Made by a program: the position numbers and the translations under genes
Assembly: GCA_032249095.1 (NCBI GenBank)
Contig: JAVVGN010000105.1
Span: 1 to 5,995 of the forward strand
Origin: Candidatus Caldarchaeales archaeon
GTDB taxonomy: Archaea > Thermoproteota > Nitrososphaeria_A > Caldarchaeales > Calditenuaceae
Length of the DNA stretch: 5,995 bases
Direction: 5' to 3'
Shown here: piece after piece, positions 1 to 5,313 of the stretch
Layout of the letters: each line of letters begins with the position of its first letter
Position numbering within the stretch: the stretch's first letter is position 1
Notes under the pieces: generated by a model
Seen by the model: the letters and a program-made list of their open reading frames with translations, nothing else
Databases searched by the model: none
What the model was told of the DNA's origin: nothing

Positions 1-626
1 GGGAGCCCCCGGTGTGTAGAGTTCTGGGGTTTTTCCCCTCGCTGCCGGGGGCCTATCCCGGTGCCCGAAGCCGTCACCACTAGTTGCTTGACCTTTTTCA
101 CCAACTCCCAACATTGTCGTCCACTTGGTCTATTCTTGTAGTATGTCATCGCCAGCCTAGTGACAGCCCGATGTAACCTACCATTATATATCCTCCTCCA
201 ATACTCCCTTCTAGACGAGCTAGTCGGTTTGTAGAGTCCTAAAAGCTTCTTCAACTCCCTCAGAGAACTATTGACGAAATCAGCATACGTTAGCAGCTCT
301 GCCAGAGCCTCCCTGCCAGCCAAACTGCCGTCTATCCCCAGCCCCTCAAGAAGCACATTATAGGCTGGATACCTCTTACCAGCCTCCTCAGTTATCTTTT
401 TAGCCATCTCCTCCATCTGCTTCTCTATGGATGAGATAGCTGGCTTCAGAACTTCCCTCTCAACATCAGACAAAGCCCTGTATTTGTTCATTAGTTGCTG
501 ACGAGTCTTCGATAGAGACCTGTGGGTCAGAATCATCCTCCGCATAACTAGTAGGAAGTCCTCAGTTACTCTTCTGAACCACCTCTCCTCAATGTTCATC
601 AATGCCTTTATGTCTCCCTTAGGCAT
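1..626 (-). CDS. Partial CDS of unknown function: N-terminal 208 codons, with the C-terminus beyond the left window edge. It has a weak by-eye resemblance to the coiled-coil plus helix-hairpin-helix C-terminal half of IS110-family recombinases.
   Basis: My own reverse-strand translation from the ATG at 626-624 gives MPKGDIKALMNIEERWFRRVTEDFLLVMRRMILTHRSLSKTRQQLMNKYRALSDVEREVLKPAISSIEKQMEEMAKKITEEAGKRYPAYNVLLEGLGIDGSLAGREALAELLTYADFVNSSLRELKKLLGLYKPTSSSRREYWRRIYNGRLHRAVTRLAMTYYKNRPSGRQCWELVKKVKQLVVTASGTGIGPRQRGEKPQNSTHRGL... This is 208 codons without a stop in about 47% GC DNA. It is probably absent from the ORF track because no stop codon lies inside the window. An in-frame stop at 725-723 bounds it upstream. 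A TATA-like CTATATAG lies at 644-651. An alternative start is the ATG at 599. Confidence 0.6.
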   Translation of the reverse strand, partial: MPKGDIKALMNIEERWFRRVTEDFLLVMRRMILTHRSLSKTRQQLMNKYRALSDVEREVLKPAISSIEKQMEEMAKKITEEAGKRYPAYNVLLEGLGIDGSLAGREALAELLTYADFVNSSLRELKKLLGLYKPTSSSRREYWRRIYNGRLHRAVTRLAMTYYKNRPSGRQCWELVKKVKQLVVTASGTGIGPRQRGEKPQNSTHRGL

Positions 627-643
627 AGAACACGGAAATATCC

Positions 644-651
644 CTATATAG
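644..651 (-). promoter_or_regulatory. Candidate TATA box for the 1-626 reverse-strand ORF
   Basis: Palindromic CTATATAG lies about 20 nt upstream of the ATG at 626 and about 48 nt upstream of the ATG at 599. The spacing to 626 is slightly short for a leaderless transcript, so the start assignment is uncertain. Confidence 0.35.
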
Positions 652-715
652 CTAGACCTATGGGGAAACGAGGTAATATTCAAGAGAAAAGGACAAACAA
701 CACTATACGGATACC

Positions 716-868
716 CTACGATCTATCTCTCTTAGATATTACGGGGCCTATTAACCCTGCTCTTATCGCGTGGTCTGCCAACACTATTCCCACGACCGCC
801 TCCACCACTGGGACGGCCCTAGGGACGACAGAGGGGTCGTGCCGCCCTGTCACAACGACCTCCTCCAT
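716..868 (-). CDS. Possible small CDS (50 aa), hypothetical
   Basis: My own translation is [50 protein letters not shown], from the ATG at 868-866 to the TAG at 718-716. Third codon positions are mostly G/C, as in the neighbouring host genes. The ATG lies about 23 nt downstream of the AT-rich box at 885-897, which fits leaderless geometry. It is below the apparent 60-aa cutoff of the track. I recognise no homology, and it could instead be non-coding. Confidence 0.3.
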   Translation of the reverse strand: MEEVVVTGRHDPSVVPRAVPVVEAVVGIVLADHAIRAGLIGPVISKRDRS

Positions 869-884
869 CTCCCTCTTAGCGACA

Positions 885-897
885 TTTAAAATTAAAT
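885..897. promoter_or_regulatory. AT-rich TATA-like element that could serve both divergent transcription units
   Basis: TTTAAAATTAAAT is the only strongly AT-rich block between the reverse-strand ORFs and cysS. It reads as TATA-like on both strands (ATTTAATTTTAAA on the minus strand). Confidence 0.45.
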
Positions 898-903
898 GAG
901 GGA

Positions 904-2400
904 GTGATCCGTAGCTATCACGAGGGAGGATCAGTAGAGTTGGGAGCTGGCGGCGCGCCGCGCCTGAGGATCTTTAACACCCTCAGCAGGGAGGTCGAGG
1001 ACTTCCAGCCCATCGAGCCGCCCAGCGTCAAGATGTATGTCTGCGGCCCCACCGTGCAGGACTACGCCCACTTGGGCCACGCAAAGACGTACATCGTCTT
1101 CGACGTCCTCTACAGGCTCCTCACATTCCTCGGATACAGGGTGAAGTATGCGCGGAATATTACCGATGTTGGGCATCTGAGGGAGGACACTCAGGAGGAC
1201 AGGATAGTGGCGGGGGCGGCCCGCGAGAAGCTGGACCCCATGGAGCTGGTCGACAAATACATGTTCGCATTTTTCCGAGACATGGACAGGCTGAACATTA
1301 GGAGGCCCACAGTCCAGCCGCGGGCCACGATGCACATAGTTGACATGTGGGAGGCCATCGACAAGCTGTTCAAGAAGGGCCACGCCTACCACGTGGACGG
1401 GAACATATACTTCGACGTCTCGAGCTACGAGTACTATGGACAGCTCTCCAAGATCAAGAGGGAGGAGCTTGTGAGGCACAGAGTTGAGCCGGCGCCGGGC
1501 AAGAGAAACCCGGCCGACTTCGCCCTGTGGAAGAGGGCCGAAAAGGGCTACCTACTCAAGTGGAACAGCCCCTGGGGTGAAGGATTCCCGGGGTGGCACA
1601 TCGAGTGCAGCATCATGTCCATCAAGCATCTCGGGGAGCAGATAGACATACACGGCGGCGGGCAGGACCTCATCTTCCCCCACCACGAGAACGAGATAGC
1701 TCAGTCCGAGTGCATAACGGGGAAGAGGCCCTTCGCGAGATACTGGGTCCACGTCGGCTACCTCACCGTGAGGGGCGAGAAAATGTCCAAGAGCCTCGGC
1801 AACTTCATCACGATAGACGAGGCCCTAAAGGACTATACGCCGAACGACCTCAGACTCTTTATCCTAAGCTCCCACTACAGGAGCCCCCTAGACTACTCCG
1901 AGGGCGCGATGAGTCAGGTCGTGGCCATAAGGGAGAGGGTAGAGGAGACCTACCGCCGCGTCCTCGAGGCGCAAGAGTATGCTGCGGAGAGTGGGGAGCC
2001 AGACAGCTCCTACCTCGATGCGGTTGGAAGGACATATGGAAGAATCTTGGAGAGCCTGTGCAGCGACCTTAACACGCCCGAGACGATCTCTAGCCTCATC
2101 GAGCTCACGAGACAGATCAACGCCCACCTCGACAAGACTCGGGCCCCGCGGAGAGCCGAGATCACGACAACCCTCAGCCTGTTATCGAATATTTTCGAGG
2201 TCCTCGGGCTCAAGGCTCCAGAGACGCGTGTGGAGGCCGAGAGGCTTCATCAAGTCATACAGCGCCTCCTCGCCGCCAGGGAGAGCCTGAGAAGGCAGGG
2301 GAACTACGCCGCCGCCGACCTGATCAGGACAGCGCTGAGGGAGGCTGGGGTCGAGGTTGAGGACACGGCCCAGGGCCCGAGGTATCGGCTGTCGCGGTAG
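904..2400 (+). CDS. cysS: Cysteinyl-tRNA synthetase (class I aaRS)
   Basis: The ORF track protein carries the HIGH motif ([14 protein letters not shown]), the KMSKS motif (EKMSKSLGN), WHIECS and [19 protein letters not shown] (Zn/active-site region), and a conserved N-terminus [17 protein letters not shown]. The listed start is the GTG at 904. The TTG at 940, preceded by GGAGG at 925-929, is at least as likely. Confidence 0.95.
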   Translation: MIRSYHEGGSVELGAGGAPRLRIFNTLSREVEDFQPIEPPSVKMYVCGPTVQDYAHLGHAKTYIVFDVLYRLLTFLGYRVKYARNITDVGHLREDTQEDRIVAGAAREKLDPMELVDKYMFAFFRDMDRLNIRRPTVQPRATMHIVDMWEAIDKLFKKGHAYHVDGNIYFDVSSYEYYGQLSKIKREELVRHRVEPAPGKRNPADFALWKRAEKGYLLKWNSPWGEGFPGWHIECSIMSIKHLGEQIDIHGGGQDLIFPHHENEIAQSECITGKRPFARYWVHVGYLTVRGEKMSKSLGNFITIDEALKDYTPNDLRLFILSSHYRSPLDYSEGAMSQVVAIRERVEETYRRVLEAQEYAAESGEPDSSYLDAVGRTYGRILESLCSDLNTPETISSLIELTRQINAHLDKTRAPRRAEITTTLSLLSNIFEVLGLKAPETRVEAERLHQVIQRLLAARESLRRQGNYAAADLIRTALREAGVEVEDTAQGPRYRLSR

Positions 2401-2408
2401 CCTGCTCA

Positions 2409-2419
2409 GTTTTTAATAG
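2409..2419 (+). promoter_or_regulatory. TATA-like box for the nucleotidyltransferase gene. Its T5 run (2410-2414) could also act as an oligo-T terminator for cysS.
   Basis: GTTTTTAATAG lies 9 nt after the cysS stop and is centred about 32 nt upstream of the ATG at 2446. This fits a leaderless or near-leaderless archaeal promoter. Confidence 0.5.
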
Positions 2420-2445
2420 GCTCCACTCGGCTAGAGCGTTGCGGG

Positions 2446-3156
2446 ATGATTGCCCTCGTTCTTGCGGGAGGCCTCGGGAAGAGGCTGCGGCCGCTGACCG
2501 ACAAGACCCCCAAGCCGCTCATAGATGTTGCGGGGAAGACAATAGCAGAGTGGCAGGTCGAGTGGCTTAGGATGCACGGCTTTAGGAGAATAGTCTTCTG
2601 CGTCGGATATCTCAGCGAGAAGTTTGTGGAGAGGCTTGGGGACGGGTCCAGCCTCGGCGTGGAGATACAGTACTCCGTGGAGAGGGAGCAGCTCGGAACG
2701 GGCGGGGCGCTGAAGAACGCCGCGAGGCTCTGCGCCAATGAGGACTACCTCCTGGTGGTTAATGGAGACATAATCACGGATCTGGACCCGATACGCGTGG
2801 TCTCAAGCCTCAAAGAGGCCCTAGGCGCCATAAGTCTAGTACCGCTGCCATCAATCTACGGAATAGTCAAGTTTGACGAGCAGTCGTTACTGGTCACCGA
2901 GTTCAGGGAGAAGCCTCTCCTATACGACTACTGGATAAACGCGGGTGTCTACGGATTCACCACAGAGATCTTCGACTACCTCCCGGAGAAGGGCTCCCTC
3001 GAGGCCGAGACTATGCCCGCGCTAGCCCGGGTGAGGAGGCTTAAAGCGGTCCCCTACCGTGAGGCTTTCTGGAAAAGCATAGAGACGTACAAGGACATAG
3101 AGGAGGCGGAGAGGTTTCTCTCGGGGAGGCGGGCCGAGGGGAGCCGCATAGGCTAG
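2446..3156 (+). CDS. Sugar-phosphate nucleotidyltransferase (NTP_transferase family, short 236-aa form). Substrate cannot be determined from the sequence.
   Basis: The N-terminal signature LAGGLGKRLRPLTDKTPKPLI matches GGxGxRLxPLTxxxPKP. GTGGAL and VVNGD motifs follow, as is typical of glucose-1-P/mannose-1-P nucleotidyltransferases. Confidence 0.9.
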   Translation: MIALVLAGGLGKRLRPLTDKTPKPLIDVAGKTIAEWQVEWLRMHGFRRIVFCVGYLSEKFVERLGDGSSLGVEIQYSVEREQLGTGGALKNAARLCANEDYLLVVNGDIITDLDPIRVVSSLKEALGAISLVPLPSIYGIVKFDEQSLLVTEFREKPLLYDYWINAGVYGFTTEIFDYLPEKGSLEAETMPALARVRRLKAVPYREAFWKSIETYKDIEEAERFLSGRRAEGSRIG

Positions 3157-3196
3157 GCGGCTCCGAGAGTCTCTGCCTTGATGGTGGGAGAAAGGT

Positions 3197-3205
3197 CTTT
3201 ATAAC
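3197..3205 (+). promoter_or_regulatory. Candidate TATA box for the 107-aa ORF
   Basis: CTTTATAAC is centred about 28 nt upstream of the GTG at 3229. GGGAGGA at 3214-3220 is a possible Shine-Dalgarno-like element. Confidence 0.45.
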
Positions 3206-3228
3206 GTCTGGCAAGGGAGGATGGTTGA

Positions 3229-3552
3229 GTGGGTGTGGGGGAGGCTCCCAAGCCTACAATCATAAAGTTTGAGCTGGAGGATGTGAGCGACCTAATCCTA
3301 CTGGCCTCGTCTCTCCCGATACCGCTCCTAAACTACTCGTCGGCGAGCAAGACATACTTCCTCTTGGCCTCAGGCCTCGGCGGAAGTCTGATCGTTTACT
3401 ATGTAACGGACGCGGCCCCTCCGGCGGGCCGGTACATACACGTCGACAAGGTCTCTGGGAAGTACAGTTTCGGCAACACCCTCTCGCTGGAGCCAAACCA
3501 TGTCAGCGTACTTGTGTTGAGGGTCCGGGAGCAGGCGCTCCTAGAGTTCTAG
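3229..3552 (+). CDS. Hypothetical protein, 107 aa, apparently beta-rich. No family recognised.
   Basis: The ORF fills the gap between two confident genes with host-like composition. It has its own TATA-like box, and its sequence is plausible and not low-complexity (PTIIKFELEDVSDLILLASSLPIPLL...GSLIVYYVTD...HVSVLVLRV). It has a GTG start. Confidence 0.6.
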   Translation: MGVGEAPKPTIIKFELEDVSDLILLASSLPIPLLNYSSASKTYFLLASGLGGSLIVYYVTDAAPPAGRYIHVDKVSGKYSFGNTLSLEPNHVSVLVLRVREQALLEF

Positions 3553-4049
3553 AGCCTCCTCGCCATTACGTAGGCGTCCTCGCCGTCGACGTAGTAGTGC
3601 TTAGCGACCTTGACCACCCTGTATCCGAGGGAGTAATAAAGGTTGATCGCGACCGTGTTGGTCACCCTAACCTCCAAATACGTCTCGTCACAGCTGTAAG
3701 CCTCCTTGAGGACCTCGAGCGTCCTCTCGAGGAGCCGCCTCCCGATCCCCCTCCCCCTGTATTCGGGGAGGACCGCTACAGAGACGATGTGCCCCAGCTT
3801 CCTCAGCCTGAAGGACTCGATCTTCGACATACCCCACTCTATCCTGCACATGACGTACCCGACTATCGCGCCTTCAACCTCGGCGACCAAGAAGGCGTCT
3901 GAGTTGCTCTTGTATATCGTGTAGAAGAACGAGTAGGAGTAGTTCTCGGGGAGGCAGACCCTGTTGATCTCCATCACGGCTAGTAACTCCTCCTCTCTGA
4001 CCGGCCTTATAATGCACTCGGCCTGCGGCCTTGACTCAGCCTTGACCAA
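3549..4049 (-). CDS. rimI: GNAT N-alpha-acetyltransferase of the archaeal Ard1/NatA-like type (often annotated RimI, ribosomal-protein-alanine acetyltransferase)
   Basis: It has the acetyl-CoA motif RGRGIGRRLL (Q/RxxGxG/A). The motifs LPENYSY, GHIVSVAVLPEYR, YLEVRVTN..AINLY..LGY and YYVDGEDAYVMA closely match what I recall of the characterised Sulfolobus Ard1. The start is the TTG at 4049-4047, directly after an in-frame stop, and there is no other plausible start before the domain. Confidence 0.92.
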   Translation of the reverse strand: MVKAESRPQAECIIRPVREEELLAVMEINRVCLPENYSYSFFYTIYKSNSDAFLVAEVEGAIVGYVMCRIEWGMSKIESFRLRKLGHIVSVAVLPEYRGRGIGRRLLERTLEVLKEAYSCDETYLEVRVTNTVAINLYYSLGYRVVKVAKHYYVDGEDAYVMARRL

Positions 4050-4076
4050 CCGCTAATAGTTGGGCTCCCCCGCCCC

Positions 4077-4092
4077 CTAATATATAAATTTC
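4077..4092 (-). promoter_or_regulatory. Candidate TATA box for the acetyltransferase gene
   Basis: The plus-strand CTAATATATAAATTTC reads as AATTTATATATTA on the minus strand. It is centred about 35 nt upstream of the TTG start at 4049. Confidence 0.5.
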
Positions 4093-4222
4093 TAAAAAAT
4101 CCTGTAAGCCGTTGGGGGAGATGGGGCCGTATTGTGGACGTATATACGGGTGGGTTCTGTATGGAGGGATAATACGCAAAATATAAAAGCTGCCAAAAGA
4201 TTAAGTTTGATGAGGTGAACAG

Positions 4223-4231
4223 GTTTAAAAC
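4223..4231 (+). promoter_or_regulatory. Candidate TATA box for tfb
   Basis: GTTTAAAAC is centred about 36 nt upstream of the ATG at 4263. GGGGGTGAGG at 4250-4259 resembles an anti-16S (GGTGA) Shine-Dalgarno element. Confidence 0.45.
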
Positions 4232-4262
4232 TCTTATCCCTGTCATCCGGGGGTGAGGCCAA

Positions 4263-5195
4263 ATGGTATTAGGGCGTAAGGATGTTGAGGGGTACATCTG
4301 CCCCGAGTGCGGGAGCGACAACATCGTCACGGACTCGAGGACGGGTGAGATTAGCTGTGGTGACTGTGGATACGTTATTCTAGCTCATGATGTTGACCGT
4401 GGGCCCGAGTGGCGGAGCCTCGACGATGATCAGCAGACGCGGGCGAGGACGGGAGCCCCGCTCTCCATAATGTACCGCGACCACGGCCTATCTACGGTCA
4501 TTAACAGGGTGGGTGAAGACGCCGGTGGGAGGCGGCTTCCTAAAGAGGTTAGGGAGAAGATGCTGAGACTCAAGAAGCTTGACCAGACCTCGCAGATTAA
4601 TGCGTCGGAGAACAGAAACCTCCAGCAGGCCGCCAACATACTGGAGATCTACGTCGACAAGCTCCACATCCCCCAGTCGGTCGCCGAGATGGCCATGTCC
4701 ATCTACAGGAGGGCCCTCAAGGCTGGCCTGGTGAGGGGGCGGTCGATAAGGAGCATCATGGCTGCGGCCACCTACGCCGCCTGCAGGATGAGTGGGATGC
4801 CCAGAGATCTACGCGAGTTCGAGCGTGCCTACCCGATAGTAAAGAGGAAGACCATCGCCCAGGGCTACAGACTGCTGGTGAAGAACCTGAATCTGAGGAT
4901 CCCCGTGGTGGACCCGGCCCTCTACATCAGGAAGATTGCGTCGAGGGTGAAGCTTGACGAGAGGACGGTCCAGGAGGCTCTCAACCTACTGAACAAGGCC
5001 GCAGAGAGGGGAGCCACCGTCGGCAAGGACCCCGTAGGAATCGCAGCAGCCGCGCTCTACATGGCCTGCCAGGAGACGATGCAGAACATCACCCAGAAGG
5101 ACATAGCTAGGGCGGCGGGAGTCACGGAAGTGACCGTGAGGAACAGGTTCAAGGGTCTGAAGGAGATCCTGGAGAGCGCGCCCGCCGCGGCTTAG
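4263..5195 (+). CDS. tfb: Transcription initiation factor B (TFB/TFIIB)
   Basis: It has an N-terminal zinc ribbon (CPECGSDNIVTDSRTGEISCGDCG) and a B-reader (DRGPEWRS). Two cyclin-fold repeats follow (LVRGRSIRSIMAAATYAACR; GKDPVGIAAAALYMACQ), then the C-terminal HTH AGVTEVTVRNRFKGL. Confidence 0.95.
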   Translation: MVLGRKDVEGYICPECGSDNIVTDSRTGEISCGDCGYVILAHDVDRGPEWRSLDDDQQTRARTGAPLSIMYRDHGLSTVINRVGEDAGGRRLPKEVREKMLRLKKLDQTSQINASENRNLQQAANILEIYVDKLHIPQSVAEMAMSIYRRALKAGLVRGRSIRSIMAAATYAACRMSGMPRDLREFERAYPIVKRKTIAQGYRLLVKNLNLRIPVVDPALYIRKIASRVKLDERTVQEALNLLNKAAERGATVGKDPVGIAAAALYMACQETMQNITQKDIARAAGVTEVTVRNRFKGLKEILESAPAAA

Positions 5196-5270
5196 GGCCG
5201 CCCGCCCGTCTAGTTCTAAGAGCTCTCTTCCGCCAGCTGGGTCATAGACGGTTAGGTTGAAGAGTAATCC

Positions 5271-5276
5271 TTTTTT
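5271..5276 (+). terminator. Oligo-T tract, a candidate archaeal terminator for tfb
   Basis: This TTTTTT run lies 76 nt after the tfb stop and is the only T-run of 5 or more in the tfb-tatA spacer. Archaeal RNAP terminates at oligo-T. Confidence 0.4.
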
Positions 5277-5313
5277 GGCGCGCTATGTGGAAGTGTATTG
5301 AGGCCTCGGGTCT

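Noticed and set aside
1-80. Possible tRNA or integration-site (att) remnant in the GC-rich hairpin-forming left edge
   Set aside because: No cloverleaf can be built. The GGGG-TTTTT-CCCC hairpin has a 4-bp stem and a 5-nt loop with no TTCRAAT T-loop. The 7-nt loop between CCGGG and CCCGG lacks the U33/purine37 anticodon-loop pattern on either strand.
660-899. Track ORF of 79 aa on the plus strand (MGKRGNIQEKRTNNTIR...[25 protein letters not shown]...)
   Set aside because: It has a low-complexity T/S/P-rich composition, no promoter-like element upstream, and no family resemblance. It ends inside the AT-rich box that more plausibly drives cysS. It is more likely a shadow of the reverse-strand 50-codon ORF or plain spacer.
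931-2290. Several track ORFs inside cysS on other frames or the opposite strand (931-1479 -, 1191-1373 -, 1552-1752 -, 1593-2072 +, 1888-2127 -, 1979-2290 +, 2010-2213 -)
   Set aside because: They lie entirely within a confidently identified CysRS gene. Their Arg/Pro/Gly/Ser-rich translations are typical of off-frame reading of GC-rich coding DNA, and they have no independent start signals.
2406-2738. 110-aa reverse-strand ORF overlapping the start of the nucleotidyltransferase gene
   Set aside because: It is an antisense shadow of a well-supported gene, with a Ser/Pro-rich, non-globular translation.
3260-3924. Track ORFs 3260-3496 (-), 3597-3902 (+) and 3706-3924 (+)
   Set aside because: They are antisense or off-frame shadows of the 107-aa ORF and of the Ard1-type acetyltransferase gene. 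Their translations are Arg/Pro-rich with no recognisable motifs.
2446-4049. The nucleotidyltransferase, small protein and GNAT acetyltransferase as a toxin-antitoxin or MNT-HEPN-like module
   Set aside because: The nucleotidyltransferase belongs to the sugar-phosphate NTP_transferase family, not to the pol-beta-type minimal NTases. The GNAT protein matches the housekeeping Ard1/NatA-type enzyme motif for motif. The GNAT gene is convergent with the small ORF, so they are not co-transcribed.
4208-4260. Possible C/D-box sRNA, seeded by the C-box-like TGATGA at 4208-4213 in the tfb upstream region
   Set aside because: No CTGA (D or D' box) follows within the next ~50 nt, and there is no second C'-like box or terminal stem, so the C/D architecture is absent.
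4007-4330. 107-aa reverse-strand ORF spanning the whole acetyltransferase-tfb divergent spacer, and the 4430-4639 (-) ORF inside tfb
   Set aside because: The first would have to overlap the starts of both flanking genes and read through the AT-rich promoter region, and its translation is implausible. The second is an antisense shadow of tfb.
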